In this document: positions 1 through 12,055 of the stretch, one piece after another | How positions within the stretch are numbered: the first letter of the stretch is position 1 | Layout: each line of letters starts with the position of its first letter | Assembly: GCA_017499595.2 (NCBI GenBank) | Contig: CM039004.1 | Location: forward strand, 2,852,001-2,916,000 | Reading direction: 5' to 3' | DNA: 64,000 nucleotides | Source: Psilocybe cubensis | Lineage: Eukaryota | Made by a program: the position numbers and the translations under genes | The notes under the pieces: generated by a model | The model's database searches: none | What the model was told of the DNA's origin: nothing | The model's input: the letters and a program-made list of their open reading frames with translations, nothing else

Positions 1-47
1 CCCCATGTAGACTGTATATGGGTAGGACTGATTTTGAGGGTGTCCAG

Positions 48-1469
48 GTGATCAACAACATTCTCACGTCGCCCTTTTCTCACTTATACAACCCCGAGAA
101 CATCTTTGTTTCCAAAGATGGAGGTGGTGCTGGAAATAATTGGGCCCAAGGATATGCGTCAGGGGAGCGCATTTATGAAGAAGTCATGGACATGGTTGAC
201 CGGGAGGCCGAGAGCAGTGAATCTTTAGAGGTATGTCGTTAGAATCGCACATTAGTCTTACCTAAGAACTTCAAATGCATATAGGCGTTTCTTGTTCTTC
301 ATTCAATTGCGGGAGGGACGGGATCTGGTCTAGGATCCTTTATGTTGGAGCGTCTGAACGACAGGTTTCCCAAAAAGATAATTCAAACTTACAGTGTGTT
401 TCCGAACACCCAAGAAGGCGATGTTGTCGTGCAGCCATATAACTCTTTACTGACGTTAAAGCGTCTTATTGATCATGCAGACTCAGTCGTGGTCTTAGAC
501 AACAGTGCCATTGCTCGCATAGCTGCAGACAGACTTCATACTCAAACCCCGTCCTTTGATCAGACCAACCAGTTGATCTCAACTGTTATGGCCGCTAGTA
601 CACAGACTCTACGGTATCCTTCTGCCACTCACAATTCCCTCATTGGCTTAGTTTCTTCTCTCATACCCACTCCACGCTGCCATTTTCTTATGACATCCTA
701 TACCCCATTTTCAAGCACGGAAATTGACCAAGTTCGAAACGGCTTCCGTTCTCTAGTCATTCACAGATTTACTAACTACCTTGCTAAAGGCTAAAACGAT
801 ACGTCGTACAACAGTGTTGGACGTCATGCGACGCCTGCTTCAACCCAAAAATCGATTGATCTCGACACACTCATCGCCTCAGGCTTGCTACATCTCTAAC
901 ATGAGCATTATCCTGGGCGAAACGTCTCCTAAGGAAATATCTCAAACTATGAGCCGTATGCGAGAACGAAATCTTATACCGTTTGTTCCATGGACCCCCG
1001 CAGCTCCTCAACTTGTACCCGCTCGAAAGTCCCCGTACAGCGGCTCTAGCCATAAAGTCAGTGGTCTGATGCTGGCCAATCATACGAGCGTCGCATCTGT
1101 AGGTTCAATCTCTTGCTGACTCTCGGTTACATCGCAATGCTCAACGGACGTCGAAGCTTTTCAAAAAGATGATTGATCAATACGACAGATTGAAAAAGCG
1201 CAACGCCTTCATGGATATGTATAAAAAAGAGAAGATGTTCGAAAACAATCTTGACGAATTCGATCGAGCAAGGTCTGTATATCCGTTTGGTCAGAACACT
1301 AGCTCACTGAAGTCCAATTTAATAACGCTTAGGACGGCTTGTGAAGATACCATGAAAGAGTATAAAGCATCGGAAAGCCCTGACTATATTGCTTATGTGC
1401 GTGTACTATTTGCCTTCATTGGACCAGAACTCGGCAAACATTAAAATCATCCCATCGCAGTCGGAGTGA
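48..1469 (+). CDS. tubG: Gamma-tubulin, 5'-truncated by the window edge, multi-exon; divergent in the intermediate domain
   Basis: Spliced translation gives [53 protein letters not shown] and [11 protein letters not shown], all gamma-tubulin signatures. The last micro-exon TCG GAG TGA ends at 1469. Confidence 0.95.
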
Positions 1470-2499
1470 CGAGTTTGCCTTATATAGCACTGATTACTGC
1501 GTCGTATGTGGTTTGTTGGCATTTCCTATGAATTCTATCGTTGCATCTCAAAAGGATTGTCATGTGGCACCACTGCTGTCTTCGTCCAATGTGTGCAATA
1601 TCAGACCAAACCTGAGAGTGGATATCATCATTCAACCGCCAGCAAGATGACCAAGGTTGATGATCTAGGATGCCAGAATTCATTGTCCTGGTACGTGAGT
1701 GCTTTGAACTATAATTCAACCGACCATGCTAATACAAAGAATGGAAGCTACTTTTTTGGTTGTAAATGTTACCATACAGCACGATAAATCAAAAGAAGAG
1801 AGTTCATCTGAGCGTGTTTACGCTATTTCTAGACGATTACGAGTGGCATTCATGGTATCAGTTCGTAATCCGATATACTTTTTCTTTTTCCTGAGTGCAT
1901 CCATATGGACGGAGAAAATATCACCGTGTGCTAACAAGCACTGTTTCAATTGCAGGTGATACTTGCTACGAATGAAAGACTCGACGCTTCCGTGTCGCCC
2001 GGACCGCCAAATAATACAAGCATGGCAGACCGGAGGTGGAAAAATAATGTTTTTTTCCTCGTTTACCTATATTCATTGCAGCGAAACCTCGCCAATTGTG
2101 GCTGAAAATACTAAGCAAGCGCAAGCAGCCGTCCCGTCCGGGCCGAGAAATGAACAAGTTGTCACATTTATTCTAGCTTGAAGGTGAAAATGAAAATAAA
2201 GGTACGTTCCCTCGACCGTCTACTTCACCCGTCCCTATTGGAAAGAAGCTTAAACAAATTAGAATGAAGATCATGAGCTACACCCCACGTCCAACGAAGT
2301 AGTATTTTTAGAACCCATGCTCCTGCAGGCGGCTAAACATCGCGTAATGCCACTTCTTCAAACTCAGCGAGGATTCCCCGACACATAGCGACGATTATCC
2401 CGTTGACAACATAACATAGACTCATATACACGAAGGGCAGTATAAAAGACATTGCATAGAACGGCGACAAGTAAGTCGGTACTTCTTTTCAACAACAAA

Positions 2500-4393
2500 A
2501 TGAAGTTTGTGGATAGTCTTATCGCTGTGACGCTCTTTTGTAGCTCGGCATTGGCTACTGTACCGGTGTATGGACAGTGTGGTGGTATTAATTTCACAGG
2601 GGACACAAGTCAGTTATGCATTACTTAACTATAAAAAAGGACGGTATTAACTTGGGTATATGTAGCCTGTGCGAGTGGATCCGTCTGCATCGTTCAAAAT
2701 CCGTATTACTCTCAATGTCTTCCGGGAGCCGCAACCACGCCTGCGTCTTCGAGCACAGCTAAGCCAACGTCAACGTCTACAAAACCTGCAACAACAGGGC
2801 CAACTACAACAGGAGCACCTCCTGCAGCTACTGGATTTGTACAAACTTCTGGGCAGAAGTTCGTGTTAAATGGCAAGACGTTCACAGTTGTCGGGTGAGC
2901 ATCAGCGTATCGTACGGTATTGAAAGGAGTTTTCATTGAGTTCTGTCATCCAGCGCCAACTCATACTGGGTCGGGTTGATGGGTTATACCACAGCCAACA
3001 TGAATGCCGCGTTCGCCGACATCGCTAAGGCTGGCGCAACTGTTGTTCGCACTTGGTACGCGTCACCCAGTCACCCTGATTACACATGTATGAATCGACA
3101 CGCAGGGGTTTCAACGAGGTTACTAGCCCCAACGGAATCTACTATCAAAGCTGGTCCGGAAGCACACCGACAGTCAACACAGGATCCACGGGTCTAGCAA
3201 ATTTTGGTATGACTACTATTTCTGCATGACTCGACGATTATCCTAATTCTTCTGTTCAGATAATGTGGTCGCTGCTGCTAAGGCTAACGGACTTCGTCTC
3301 ATAGTTGCACTGTAAGATACACCTGAAAGGTCGAGTGTCACATACTGACATGTATTCTAGCACAAACAACTGGTCTGACTACGGTGGAATGGATGTCTAT
3401 GTTAAACAGATTCTCAATTCTCCCAACCATGATCTTTTCTACACCGACTCGACTGTCAAGGTACTCGACTTTTTTATGTGAATTCACGAGCTCTCTAAGC
3501 CTAACGCTGCGATGTAGACAGCTTACAAGAATTACATCAAAGCTTTCGTCGGCCGCTACTTGAACGAGCCTACCATTATGGCATGGGAGCTTGCAAATGA
3601 GCCCAGATGTAAAGGAAGCACCGGGTATGTTTTTTCTACACTCTTCACAAAGATGTTAAATTAATCCCTGAATCTTATTTCTCCTTTAGCACTTCCACTG
3701 GAACATGTACCACTGTTACGGTTACAAACTGGATCAAGGAAATTTCGGCGTATATTAAATCGATTGATACCAACCATCTCGTCGCTGTCGGCGATGAAGG
3801 TTTTTACAACCAGCCCAGTGCCCCCACGTATCCTTACCAGTAAGTTAAGCTACAGTCCAGTGTGATTCTGTGAGCTGACTATCTCGGCAGGGGAAGCGAG
3901 GGTGTAGACTTCGACGCCAACCTTTCTGTCAGCAGTATTGACTTCGGTACCTTCCACGTACGTCTATTGACTTCTTGACTCGAGATGAGTGTTCATTTTG
4001 ATTATAGTCGTACCCGACAAGTTGGGGACAAGGCGGAAATGAACAGGCGTGGGGAACCCAATGGATTGCCGACCACCAAACCTCGCAAGCAAAAGCTAAC
4101 AAGCCAGTTATCCTTGAGGAGTTCGGTGTAACAAGTAACCAGCCAACCATTTACCAAGCTTGGTACAATGAAGTTATTTCGTCTGGATTAACTGGTGATC
4201 TCATTTGGCAAGCGGGATCCCACCTCTCAACGTAAGTAAACCTTCGTTCGGTGTGACTTAGAATATCGCACCTTACTATAATTTTCATGATTGCAGTGGT
4301 GATACACCAAACGATGGATACGCTGTGTACCCCGATGGGGCAGTATATCCCATTATGCAATCTCATGCCACCGCGTTGAAGAGTCGTGGATAA
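2500..4393 (+). CDS. man5: Secreted endo-beta-1,4-mannanase: CBM1 + S/T linker + GH5 (subfamily 7-like)
   Basis: Signal peptide [22 protein letters not shown]1 YGQCGG...C...C...NPYYSQC; T/P linker; [16 protein letters not shown], catalytic WELANEPRC and LEEFG; many short GT-AG introns; TATAAAA near 2441. Confidence 0.93.
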
Positions 4394-5067
4394 TGCTGGA
4401 GTAAAACCGTATCGGATGGTTTCAAAATTACAATTGTGTCAAAAAGTAGCAGCGGTCGTTGTATCATCATTATTGGATATAGCTTGTCCATTTCCAGATT
4501 GCCTTAAAGAGAAATGAAGCTTCTTACATACTGAGTTTCTATTTGGCAGATCATCTGTGCACATTGGAGCCTGTGCGTGGCGTATAAAAGAGTATTCATC
4601 TACATCATAGTTAATTATATTAGCCTTGAAGCAATATTGGTGCTAATACATGCTACAATTCACGTATACCGTCCCATCGCGTACTTAGCCGCCCATTTCA
4701 TTCCTGGTCGCGTTTTGAAATATTAATAACAAAAATTATCGAATCCCCAATCACGGAAACAAGTACATACATGTAGTCAAACACAAGTTCAATATAATAA
4801 ACTGAGGAACTTTCAACTACCCTTGATCTCTTACTCTATCTACACAACGTAGCAGTGGGACCGAATGATAGGGCTTACGTGAGCTTAAAATAGGCGCCTC
4901 AAACAAACCGGGGCCGAGCCGAACTATATATGCACGTGACTCTATGTGACGGTTTGGATTCGCGTTCGCTGCTGCCGCAAGTCCAAGCAGGAACTTCTTC
5001 AACTTTAAGGTCGTCGCTAGGTTTGCGCTAGGTGCCAGCATTATAAACAGAGGAGGTTTCAAGCCCG

Positions 5068-7246
5068 ATGGCTCTTCCAACAAAAGGCCGTGTTATAGTC
5101 GACACCACTGTCGGAGAGATTGAAATTGAGCTATGGTCAAAGGTATGAGTGCATGCAATTATTTGTGGTGATTTCTCTTCATCTTTACACGTTCCAAATT
5201 TCTTTCTTCTTCCAGGAAACGCCGAAAGCATGCAGAAACTTCCTTGCACTTGCTATGGAGGGTTTGTGAGTTTCTTTTGGCACTTGCGATGCGCATAACT
5301 AAGAAAACATTCGTGTAGGGTACTATGATGGTGTCATCTTCCACAGGTACGATGGCGCAGTTTCTCTGCGGTTGTCATGATTTAAGTCTCATTCCATCAC
5401 AGAGTCGTCCCAGGTTTTCTTGTTCAGACGGGCGATAAGACAGGCACAGGGGCGGGAGGAGAGTCGTTCTACGGAGGTGCGTATGCGACAACTTTTTCGT
5501 ATCCTGGCGTTCAAGTGTTCAAGATATCTTCCAGAACCATTTGAAGATGAGATACATCCGCGCTTGCGTTTCTCCCACAGAGGTCTCGTTGCGATGGCTA
5601 ACAATGGCACTAAGAACTCCAATGACTCCCAGTTCTTCATTACCCTCGGTGTGTAGTTCACCAAATACATGCCATTGAAGACCAGAAGTAGCTCATGGTT
5701 GCCGCAACAGATAGAGCTGATGAATTACATGGAAAACATACCTTGTTCGGACGGTGCATGGGAGATACGGTCTACAGTACGTTCCTTGCCATGACATTTT
5801 TCTCGAAAATAGCCTTATTTTGTTTGTGAAAGACGTGATGAAGATCGGAGAAATGGGTACGAAGCAGAAGAATATCCATTTTGTACTGAGGAATCTGACA
5901 TGAAACGACCACAGAACTCGACTCGGAAGGTCGCCCAGTATAGTGAGCAATGTTACTTTTGAGTGCGTCTCTTGCCATATCTCATCTTTACTAGCCCGCC
6001 CAGAATCAAGTCAATCCGGATCGTCGACAACCCATTCGATGACATCGTGCCCCGTATCACCGCAGCTGAGAAACGTGCCCAACAAAGAGCGAGAGAGCAG
6101 GCACAAAAGGAGCGAGAGGAGGAGCAGCGGAGAAAAGGTGCCAAGAAGTATGTCGACCATATTCCTTCTCTCGTATCAGTGAATTCTTATATCGTATCTC
6201 AACAGAAACGTCAAGTTGCTTAGTTTCGGTGCAGAAGAAGATGCAGGCGAAGGCGACGATTCTACAACGTTCAAGAAGAAACCTATGTACAGACCTGAAT
6301 GTATGTTATTATTAATGATCTTTTATTTACTGACTAAACTCCGCGTAGTGGTTGAAAAGCCAAGGAAAGAGACGACCATTCCCGACTTTGTTTCGCAGCC
6401 TAGCTCAAGTAGTAAGGCAAAACCCCCAGCATTGGAACCTCCAAAAGAGTCAAAGGTTAGTCGAATTTCTATTCAACCCCCTTATTTTTCTTGCTCACGC
6501 CGAATATGAACACAGTCTGACAAACCGTCGAAGAAGACTACTGACGACGACATTTCTAAAATTCGACAACAACACGCCAAAGAAAAATCTGCGTCAGAGT
6601 AAGTCGCAAGTCTCCTCTTCACGTTGCATACTCATTTCTCCCCCCCCTCAGAAATGCTCGCAAAACAGAGATCGAAAAGATGGAAGCCGAGATTCGCAAA
6701 CTCCAAAAGCGGAAAGACGGCGGCGGGTCCGACAGCGACGATGACGCCTCACGGAATAAAAAGGCTAAAAAATCATACCTCAGCGAAGAGCTCGCAAAGT
6801 ACGCCAAGGGCAGGGGTATACACAAGAAGGGCAAGAAGAGGGACGAGGGCGACGTGCTCGCGGCGCTGAACAGCTTCAGAGGCAAATTGCAGAACACGAT
6901 GTTTGTGGACGATGAGGTCCCGAATGACGAGGGTAAAGGAAAAGCTCGTGAGGTGGAGGGTGGCACCAACAATGAAGAAGAGGGTGCGGTAGCTGAAGGT
7001 GGGGTAGTGGGAGGTGGTGGCGAAGAGGACGAGGGTATGGAGGTCGACTATGACTTTGGGTTCATGGGCCATGCGCTTCATTTTGCGAAGGACAATATGG
7101 AGGAGACGGTCAAGGCCGAGCGGGATTACGAGGTCATCGACCCACGACAGCGCAGTGCGCAGGCGCGCCAGGAGGAACGCGAGCGAAGAAAGGCCGCCCT
7201 CAAAGCGAAGGGAGGCGGTGTCAGTGGTGGGCGGTACCGTCGATGA
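5068..7246 (+). CDS. CWC27: Spliceosomal cyclophilin-like protein Cwc27
   Basis: MALPTKGRVIVDTTVGEIEIELWSKETPKACRNF; FEDEIHPRLRFSHRGLVAMAN; SQFFITL; NPFDDIVPR; KLLSF; long charged C-terminus with YEVIDPR. Confidence 0.92.
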
Positions 7247-7429
7247 CCTTGAGTATCTTTTCCTTCATTTCATCACCTTTTTATTTTTTTTCTCTTGGAC
7301 CTAGGCACTGGGATGGTCGAGAGAGTGAAAACAATAACATAAATATCTGTACTCCTATGAGGAGTATGTACATTGGAAATTTTGTCTACAATTTACTGAA
7401 CTGCTTTGCTTGTCCATCTTATGATCACA

Positions 7430-8480
7430 TCAACACCACAACCACAACCACAACCATGATTGCCCACCATAAGCAACATAAATCAATCGTTGAAACACCA
7501 CGACCCCGCACAAACAAACTTCTACAAATCGGCGGACCCACGACGCGTGATATTGATGATTGGGGTTAAAGGGAACGGGGAGATGTATCCAGCTGTCGTC
7601 ACGAATCTGTTTCCCCAGCCCATCCTCGCCCTAACCATATGTAGTCTAGCTCCCCACATGGGACAAGAGACATCAATAGGAACGGACGATGGACGGACGG
7701 ACGGACGCAACACCAAAATACCACAGGGCAACGAATGGTATTAGGCACTGCCAATCCGATCATGATCAGTGAAACCAGCCTAGTCCATCGATCATCATCC
7801 AACGCCAATCCCATGATCAACATCAATATCAACATCAAAAAAAACCCAAACCCAAACCCAAAAACCACTCGCAAAGCAAAGCAAAAAGCCCAAAATAACT
7901 AGCGTACATGGTCCGTGAAATTGAGAACAGCAAATTTGGAGAAGCAAGAGAACATCCACGAACAAATCAACCAATCAAAGAAGGCTGCAAGAAAAGAAAG
8001 GCAGACAAAGAGGAAACGGAAAGCAAGCAAGAAAGACCAAGAGCGAAAAGCGGATATATATATATATACATCGCCAAAAAAAGAGAAGAAAAAATAGACA
8101 GGACAAAAAAATTCAAGCAAAATAAGATATATCATTGGGATGGATTTAAGAGATGACAGAAGACAAAAAAATTAATATAGAAACAACGGTGGAGGGAGAT
8201 GGGCATGGGGGGTTGCGAGCAAGAATGGGGAATGGGTAGTGGGGAAGGGATTTGATCGTGCGAGCGTGTGCTTGTAGCAAGAGCAAAAGACAAGCGCGTG
8301 TCGTTAATTATGATCGTTAAAAAAAGCCAAAAAAAAGGGAAGAAGAGAATTTTTCGGGAGGAAGCTTCTTGCTGTGATTTGAGGTTTGTGATTTGCATGT
8401 GGTGGGTTGCGTTGGATTATGGTTCGGTGAAGTTATTTCCAATATGTGGTCTGAGAGACTGATTGATTGATCGTTGATTG
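7430..8480. repeat. Low-complexity tract with several microsatellites between convergent CWC27 and UBC6
   Basis: (ACAACC)n at ~7432-7455, (GGAC)n ~7691-7706, (ATCAAC)n and (AAACCC)n ~7816-7866, (GCAAA)n ~7871-7887, (AT)n ~8054-8068, (GATT)n ~8461-8480; strongly A/G-rich on the + strand. Confidence 0.7.
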
Positions 8481-8963
8481 TTGTGTGAGGTGGGAACAAG
8501 TGAAAGTAGTTTCTGAGCTCCCGGAATATGGATATAAGAATAGAAGAGACATATGATGTGTGTAGGTGTCGGTGTGTGGGTGAGAGGCTGAGCAGTCCGA
8601 GCCGGGTTGGTGGGGCTACATTCGATAGGTAATAGAAACAAACAAAAAATGACCTCGTTGCAAGAGCGTGAAAGATAAGAAAGAGAAAAGAAAAAAACCG
8701 GGGATTGTATATCTGTATAATAGACGAAATGGAAGGAGAGTAGGGGAAAAGGGGAGTTATGGAGCAAGGGGCTGGGGTGGCGGTGGCGACAGGGTCGGAA
8801 GAATGGACTGAAAGGGGGTGCGGTGAGAGGAATGCAAGGAATCCGTCTGAAATCAAATCAATTATAAGAGCGAGCTCGTCGTCTACCACTAACCCAGCCC
8901 TCGCAAAGTGGGGTAGAAAAAAGGAGTGTGTGTCGTATCGTTTCCAATGGAAGTAGGCAGGTA

Positions 8964-10391
8964 TCATGTTCGAGTGGAAAATCGCGATACCATAAGTGCC
9001 ACGGCTATAAAGGCACACAGACGCCATTTCTCGTAAATGAAGCTTCGCCAAGTCGCCGTCCATCCGGGAGCTGCTGCAGGCGGTGGCCCCGCCGCTCTGT
9101 TGGTAAGTGTCGCGTCGTCTGGTCTCGCGACAGCTGTCGATCGTGCCTCTTCATAGTGTGTTAATGATAAAGCAGAAAGTGCAGATGAAGCAAAATGGTC
9201 CGAACCGATCCGTGTGGGAACAGCAATCGCTGAACTTGATCCTGTAGCCGTGATTTGCGGGGGCTGCGCAAAAGATGCTGAAGGCACATTTGGAACAGGA
9301 TCTGGCTTCCCTCGCTCTTTCTCACCCATGTTTGGTAGATCACGGATGAGGGGTGTCGAGTACTGCCCCAGGCCGTTAGTTGCAGCGGTACAATGGAATA
9401 CGTGACCACGCACCTCTGGGAAAGCATCTTTGAATCTTTGCTGTGTGATGTTCCAGCTATGGCTGCGTGCGGCGAATGCCCGTTTGTGGGCCTCGGATGA
9501 GTTGACTGAACCAGTCGTCATTTCGTCGGAAAGCATAAATGAAAGAAGACCGGTCAATCTAGAACAATGTCAGCATTCTGCCTTTCTGTGGAGTGGTTGA
9601 CATCGATCGGAGAGCATCCAAAGGGGAATTGCAGTGTTAAGGATGAGGCCGGAGGACAAGGTGGGGTATAGAGAGAGGAGATGTATATGGAATTCGAAAA
9701 AACACACTCACATGGTGGCCACACTCCATGCGGGATTCCACTAGGGCAGGAATGTCGTCAGTGATTTGGCGATGCCAAGAACTTGGCGCCTAAAGCGATA
9801 GTACAACTCACAGTTCCAGGATGAAAGTCTGACATCGAGAAGCAGATCTTTTTGTCGGGTTGGAAGCGACCAGATGGTGTGAACATCTTTGGAGAAATTC
9901 ATGGATGAGATCGATTGGTAAGACGGCAAGAAAGGATCCACGCACCTTGATCCCTGGGGGTTTAAATGGGTATTCAGAAGGGAACAAGAGAACTCCATGA
10001 TATTCTCCTCCAGCAAACGGTGAATCGGGTGGTCCGCGCTAAAACAAAGAGCTGTGTATCAGGAAACCGACAGTGCGCCACAGGGAGTCATAGTCGAGTG
10101 CGTACGATAAGGAAATTCCCTGCAAGCGGCACATAAGTAATCATTGGCATTCAATATATATAAGTTCTGCTGAGCACGTACAGGTCAAAATATTCTTCTC
10201 ATCTGGCGCTGCCCACACAAACGGAGGTGGCTCCCTCTGCATAGCAACATATTCCTTAGACAACTGGATTACGGAAGATTGAAGAGGAATTTGGTGAGTT
10301 CAAAGCTACTCGTGCACTCGCGTCGCCGTTCTGGACGACGGCGAGGTAAGGTTAGAGGACGTACACGTTTCTGGGCGGCCTTGCTTGCCAT
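8964..10391 (-). CDS. UBC6: Tail-anchored ubiquitin-conjugating enzyme E2 (Ubc6/UBE2J2 type)
   Basis: Spliced [56 protein letters not shown]...[41 protein letters not shown]-terminal [15 protein letters not shown]. Confidence 0.95.
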
Positions 10392-10770
10392 TATAGCGGT
10401 GGTGGTGGAGAGCAGGTAGTGTTATGAATCACACGCACAAACAATTGTGACAATTCTCAACAGCGTCACTGTCACACTCAATCACGAGCTGGTTACTCCT
10501 TTTTTGTTCCTCTTTTTGTACAGCTTTTGTACCATCGTTTTGGCTTTCTCTTTCTACATGGATACAGGCCTCACGAGTTGGCGTTTCGGCCACACTTTCG
10601 TCAGAAGAATCGGCCAGCGTGTTATGAACGCCCCGGCCATGAATGAACACTACTTCTTTTACTACTTGCATCATATCCGACTTGGCCTATTTCTGTGTAC
10701 TCGTAACCCGCCTTAACCCAGAACTCGAAAACACCTGGAAAGGTTTGAATTGACGCATATATTTTCATTT

Positions 10771-11590
10771 TCAAGTGGACCACAGCTTGTTGATTGGGCC
10801 CATAACGCCGCGACGTACGAGAGGGTCGACGACGGCCCAAACGTCGAGCTCAACCTCCTCTCTTTCTCGTCCAGCATCGATAGAAACCCATCGTGTCCCA
10901 GTTCCACTCTCGGCCATCTCTTCGCCGATACGATGGAAAGCTTTTCGCACCCGCAACTGCATCTCCTCTTTCTCATACCTCTCATCTCCGTAGCCACCGC
11001 GTTCTTTGGCCTTTTCAGGCGTTATATCAAAGAAGAGCACAATGTCCGGGGCTGGAAGCCCAACGTCTGGACTCCGGCACCACTCAAACGCAAGGAGCGG
11101 ATCGCCCAAAGAATCGACCTTGGATGCCGAAAACGCGATGCCAGAAAACGCATACCGATCGCAGATCACAGGCGTTCCTGCCAATAGCAGCTTCTCAATC
11201 GTAGTCCTATAAGACGATGCTGAATCAGCCAATAGAGCAGCAAAGAAGGAAGGGGGACGACAAGCGAAGCAATTACGCACGCAAGCTCCCAGCGATTGGC
11301 AGAAAAGAGCAGATGAATGGCACGGTCATCCAGTTCTGAGGCCGAACGCAAATACGAGTCAATCATCTGACCGATAGCCGTCGTTCTATCTGCGTGGGTT
11401 CCAGGCCGTTACTAATCTTTTGGCGGAAAAACCATCCGGAATGCTTACCTGGGAATTTGAGAAGACTGGCTTCAATCCCATTCTGCTGGAGCCGCGAGTG
11501 CAACTTTGATGTTTGTGTCGTCTTGCCCGACCGATCTAATCCTTCGATGACGATAAATGGTGCTCGTCGATTTGAGTTCAGTGAAGCCAT
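10771..11590 (-). CDS. CDC8: Thymidylate kinase
   Basis: P-loop [53 protein letters not shown]; two introns. Confidence 0.95.
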
Positions 11591-12055
11591 AGCTGAGATA
11601 ATAACCTCGACAAGTCTCAGTGTATATATTCAGATAACTCGAGGCGCGTCCAATCTCCGTGTAACACGAACACAAGTACTCGAAGATGGCAGAAGGGGAT
11701 GAAGGAGAAGCATTTCCATAAATAGCTCGCTGTCAGCGGCAGCCGGTTCGGGCGTTATGGCATGCCGAGAGGTCGGAGATTGAATTAGGCAGTTTGCCGC
11801 AGCCCACGGTTTTTTGTCTGCAACTTTCACCATGCTGCAATCGCCAACCGCCAACTCCGGCTATTGCAATGCTCCAGTCATAATAACGTTACATCAAGTG
11901 CAAAAAATTTCTGCTTAAGCCTTTGAACCATCACACGAAGACTGACTACCAAACGCAAAAAACACTGTCTACTAAACGAAAAAGGTGGTGTCGTACAATG
12001 CCAGCACTCAGATTTGGTACAAGTACATATCTTTACTGCAATCACCTGCCAAACT

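Noticed and set aside
7843-7866. Telomere-like (AAACCC)n
   Set aside because: Only about three units, not TAACCC, and embedded among other microsatellites.
8317-9063. 248-aa minus-strand ORF
   Set aside because: Low-complexity F/S/L-rich translation of the UBC6 3' region, overlapping UBC6 out of frame.
10580-10632. Hammerhead-like CUGACGA...GAAAC on the minus strand between CDC8 and UBC6
   Set aside because: Stem III (GGCGU/ACGCC) can form, but stems I and II cannot pair around the core.
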